DNA of 64,000 bases from an uncultured Methanosarcinales archaeon (GTDB lineage: Archaea > Halobacteriota > Methanosarcinia > Methanosarcinales > Methanosarcinaceae). Of the stretch, positions 60,948 to 64,000 are shown piece after piece. The stretch is from NCBI GenBank assembly GCA_964486435.1, contig CAZAMM010000004.1:219-64218 (forward strand), given 5' to 3'. The notes beneath the pieces are model-generated. The model was not told the origin of the DNA. It ran no database searches and worked only from the letters and a program-made list of their open reading frames with translations. Each line of letters begins with the position of its first letter. Within the stretch, counting starts at the first letter, position 1. A program made the position numbers and the translations under genes.

Positions 60948-62673
60948 ATGGCCAGGGAAAAAAACTAACTTTTTAATTATACTTGCTATCGCAGGACTGT
61001 TACTTATAGGAAGTACAGCATCTGCGATTTCAAGTAAGGAAACACAGAACATATCTGAAAAAGACACAAATGACAAACTGGATACGGAATACAATAATTG
61101 GTATAATAATTGTTATGGTACTGATCTGGAAATCAAGAACGATCCAGAAATAAAGAATATTATATTAATGGTTCCTGACGGATGTTCACAAAGTGTGCAG
61201 ACGATAGCGCGTTGGTATAATGGAGAGGAACTACAGCTTGACAGCATAGTTGCGGGAATGGTCTCAACTTATATGAGCGATTCACTTATCACAGACTCTG
61301 CTTCTGCTGCAACAGCCTTTTCAACTGGATACAAGACTTCTGATGGAGCTTTGGCTGTGGGCCCAAACCCAGCCTCCCTGTTGAGCATAATTGATCCAGC
61401 AACAGTGACTGAACCATATGTTCCTCTTGCAACTGTGCTTGAAGGAGCAAAACTTAATGGAAAAGCAACTGGACTCGTGGCAACTTCTGAAATACCACAT
61501 GCAACACCTGCAGCTTTTGCATCTCATGTGGACTCCAGAAAACTGTACGACGACATAATCGAACAGATGGTTTATCAGGATATTGATGTGGTCTTTGCCG
61601 GAGGCAAGGATTTCCTCAATGACAGCCGCCAAGATGGAGAGAATCTCACAAAAGTGCTCGTAGACAGAGGATACCAATTAGTTGAAACAGAAGATGAAAT
61701 GATGGCACTGACATCGGGCAAAACTTGGGGAATGTTTGCAGGAGTGGCCATGTCACCAGAGATAGACCGTCAGTATATAGCACCTGAACAGCCACATATA
61801 GCTAACATGACCGGAAAAGCTATTGAACTGCTCTCCCAGGATGAAGGCGGGTTTTTCCTCATGGTAGAAGGCAGCCAGGTTGACTGGGCGGGACATGCTA
61901 ACGACCCGGTCTATATGGTGACCGATTTCCTTGCCTCTGATGAAGCAGTTAAAGTTGCTGTCGACTTTGCAAAAAAGGATGGAAATACACTTGTAATTGT
62001 GTTCCCCGACCACAACACCGGAGGGATGACACTTGGAAGCAATTATGATCCTTCATATACAAAGACCACCGTGGAAGATCTTGTAAACCCCCTTAAGAAC
62101 ATGACATGTACCTATGCTTACCTTGAAAGCCAGATACAGGATATGAATAACTCTGCTGAAGTGCATGACGAAGTACTTAATTGGATGAGCATAGACCTGG
62201 CACAAACTAAGGTAGATAAAATTGTAGCAAGCGGTAAATTCGATACTCTGAAAAATATAATCAATAACGAATATACTATTATCGGATGGACAACTGGTGG
62301 TCACTGCGGAGAAGATGTGCCTCTGTGGGCATACGGATCTGAAAGCCTCTCAGGCAGGGTCGACAACACCGAAATAGCCACTTACATCGCTGAAGAATTC
62401 AGTTTTAGCCTGGACAACACAACCGATAAGCTGTTTGTGGATGTGGATGAAGTATTCCCTGGAAATTATGTACTGGATAACACTGATCCTAAGAACCTGG
62501 TTCTTAATATCGGAGACTACAAGTTGCCAGTAAATAAGAATACACTCATCAACTCTACTGGAGTGGAATACAAAATAGAGGGAATAGTTATCTATGCTCC
62601 AAAAGGTAACGATGGCAAAGGTAAAGTGTACATTCCGCAGCAGGCTGTTGATCTGATCAATAGTATGGTCTGA
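60948..62673 (+). CDS. phoA: Alkaline phosphatase (PhoA family), with its signal peptide in a different frame from its only ATG
   Basis: Active-site motif ITDSASAATAFSTG. The enzyme frame is open from 60931 and encodes ...KKTNFLIILAIAGLLLIGSTASA, but has no start codon before 61168. The ATG at 60948 is in another frame and stops after 6 codons, across an A7 run (60958-60964). Confidence 0.8.
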
Positions 62674-62888
62674 CAATAATGAAAAGTACGGTTAAAACAC
62701 TGAAAAGGGCAACCCCCTTTTCTAATTATATTTTGAACATTCTAATTTAGTGGTTCCAAAATTGGTTCAAAATTTTTATGTCCAATAAACAATAAGAAAC
62801 GGCTACAAACCTGTTCTTTTGATACCTGTGCACAAAGAACATCCGAAAACTTAGGCAATAAATAATGTAAAGGATCTGAGAAAGATCC

Positions 62889-63071
62889 TTACTTGGCCCA
62901 GATAGCAATGATCTTATCAATAGCTATATGAGTGAACCTGGTTTCTTTCTTAAGGGTAAGGACACCATCAGCACAGGCTTCCACTGTTCCCTCGAAGGTA
63001 TCTGGCCCGCCACAATATACATCTACATCTTTTTGCAGGTAATGTTCTACTATGAAAGATTGCATAATCAT
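62889..63071 (-). CDS. Small conserved-looking hypothetical protein
   Basis: 60-aa ORF. The second ATG (63065) has GGAG 8 nt upstream. No family confidently recognised. Confidence 0.4.
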   Translation of the reverse strand: MIMQSFIVEHYLQKDVDVYCGGPDTFEGTVEACADGVLTLKKETRFTHIAIDKIIAIWAK

Positions 63072-63375
63072 ATCTCCTTTTGATAAACAGGATTACCACA
63101 TAAGAATCCTATTTCTATAAGTAGAGAAAGGAGATAGAATAATAAAAAGGTGACGATTTGACTTTTTTTGACAAATAGAGCTCCAATAGCATCCAGATTT
63201 AGAACATAAAGCAAGTATACTGTACTATAGGTTTAAAGATGAGAAAAACACAACCATGAGAAGCGATAAAAATAACCGTGATTTGAATACTAATAAAAAA
63301 AGAACAAGTAAAATTTGTCAGACGATTGTTGGTGGAAAGGACCAATGATCGAATTTGAGAAATAAAAATTTGATT

Positions 63376-64000
63376 TCATTCAAGATTCAAAGTCTTAAGT
63401 ATCATGTGATATTCATTTACGGGCATCCTTGAGTAAAAAGCCCTTTTTATTACCTCGCTCAGTGAAGGATGGATATCCATTGAGTACATGATAGGTGCAG
63501 CGCTCTGGTCCGGAGTATACATTACAGGAATTATCTCATGGATAAGAACCGAAGCATGGGGACCTATGATATGAGCCCCTAGTACCTTATCCGGCCCCTA
63601 TTCCAGGATCACTTTGACAAATTCATCCTCCAGATCCATGGCAAGACCTTTACCTGTGTCCTGGAAACGATAAAATCCTATAAGAATATTGTTTTCTCCG
63701 TAGTAGTCTATAGCTTCCTTTTCTGACATGCCGACATTAGCTATCTCAGGCTCTGAGAAAACAGCACCAGGAACTGCATGGAAATCCACTGTTGCTTTGC
63801 GTCCGAGGACCGCATTGTAGTAGACAATGGTTGATTCATGATTTGCCACATGTTTGAAGAGGTGTTTGCCTATAGCATCACCTATGACCCAGACATTCTT
63901 CTGAGAACTTTCAAGATGCTCATCAACTTTGATCCAACCCTTTTTATCTGTTTCTATACCTCCCTTTTGAGGTTTTAGAAGGTCTGAATTGGATTCCCTG
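63376..64000 (-). CDS. Class-I pyridine nucleotide-disulfide oxidoreductase (dihydrolipoyl dehydrogenase / glutathione reductase-like), 5'-truncated by the window edge, with an in-frame TAG
   Basis: The upstream part has VWVIGDAIG (FAD motif) and ...EFVKVILE. TAG is at 63600-63598. The frame then continues GPDKVLGAHIIGPHASVLIHEII...MDIHPSLSEVIKRAF... to TGA 63378-63376, which includes the family's C-terminal HPxxSE active-site region. Confidence 0.8.

Noticed and set aside
1-64000. Searched by eye for transposases, integrases, rRNA, additional tRNAs, cas genes and toxin-antitoxin pairs
   Set aside because: No ORF showed DDE, tyrosine or serine recombinase motifs. Only one tRNA-like T-arm (GGTTCGAATCC-type) lies outside coding sequence, and no spaced repeat arrays were found. 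The absence of an integrase weakens the mobile-element reading of the 3920-5800 cassette.

Overview
Densely coding archaeal chromosomal segment of about 65 genes. All calls come from motif recognition in the supplied ORF translations; no database search was possible.

Lineage evidence: archaeal markers are thermosome, NAC, ABCE1, TiaS, Nob1 and a DnaJ-Zn-finger RecJ-like nuclease. A methylcobamide:CoM methyltransferase-like UroD-family gene, a CofE-family gene and a tetrahydrofolate enzyme cluster point to a methylotrophic Methanosarcinales-type methanogen.

Housekeeping content:
- hisH, hisI, purN-glyA-folD, a DHPS-like gene, a MetV-like gene, metF, nadE, ilvE, acs and thioredoxin.
- An NfeD-stomatin pair and a bioY-ecfA-ecfA'-ecfT operon.
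- A molybdenum theme: modABC, a ModE-like regulator, a MoeA-PBP fusion and a ModD-like gene.
- A TetR/ABC-2/MFS efflux cluster and an ArsR-permease pair.
- One tRNA-Arg(TCT).
- No rRNA, CRISPR array, transposase or integrase was seen.

Accessory or odd content:
1. A type I R-M operon (hsdR-hsdM-hsdS, running off the left edge) sits beside a roughly 1.6-kb orphan cassette bounded by ~80-bp direct repeats. The cassette encodes a TRAM/zinc-ribbon protein, a divergent partner sharing an unusual 4-Cys motif, and a small basic ORF with no canonical start. This is my best candidate for an undescribed accessory or defence-linked module.
2. A class-I flavoprotein disulfide reductase gene at the right edge has an in-frame TAG, with family-conserved sequence continuing for 73 codons beyond it (possible pyrrolysine or readthrough).
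3. An alkaline phosphatase has its signal peptide split from the enzyme body by a frame shift in an A7 run.
4. Four tandem 33-34-bp units each combine a TTGTCA-N-TGACAA palindrome with a TATA-like box, next to a relic of an R-M methylase C-terminus.
5. A 101-nt element in a convergent intergenic region is closed by a perfect 17-bp stem.
6. A KaiC/RecA-like protein with a destroyed Walker A lysine is paired with an uncharacterised 361-aa protein.
7. Two secreted LVIVD/FG-GAP repeat paralogues are present, one carrying three near-identical 261-bp tandem repeats.
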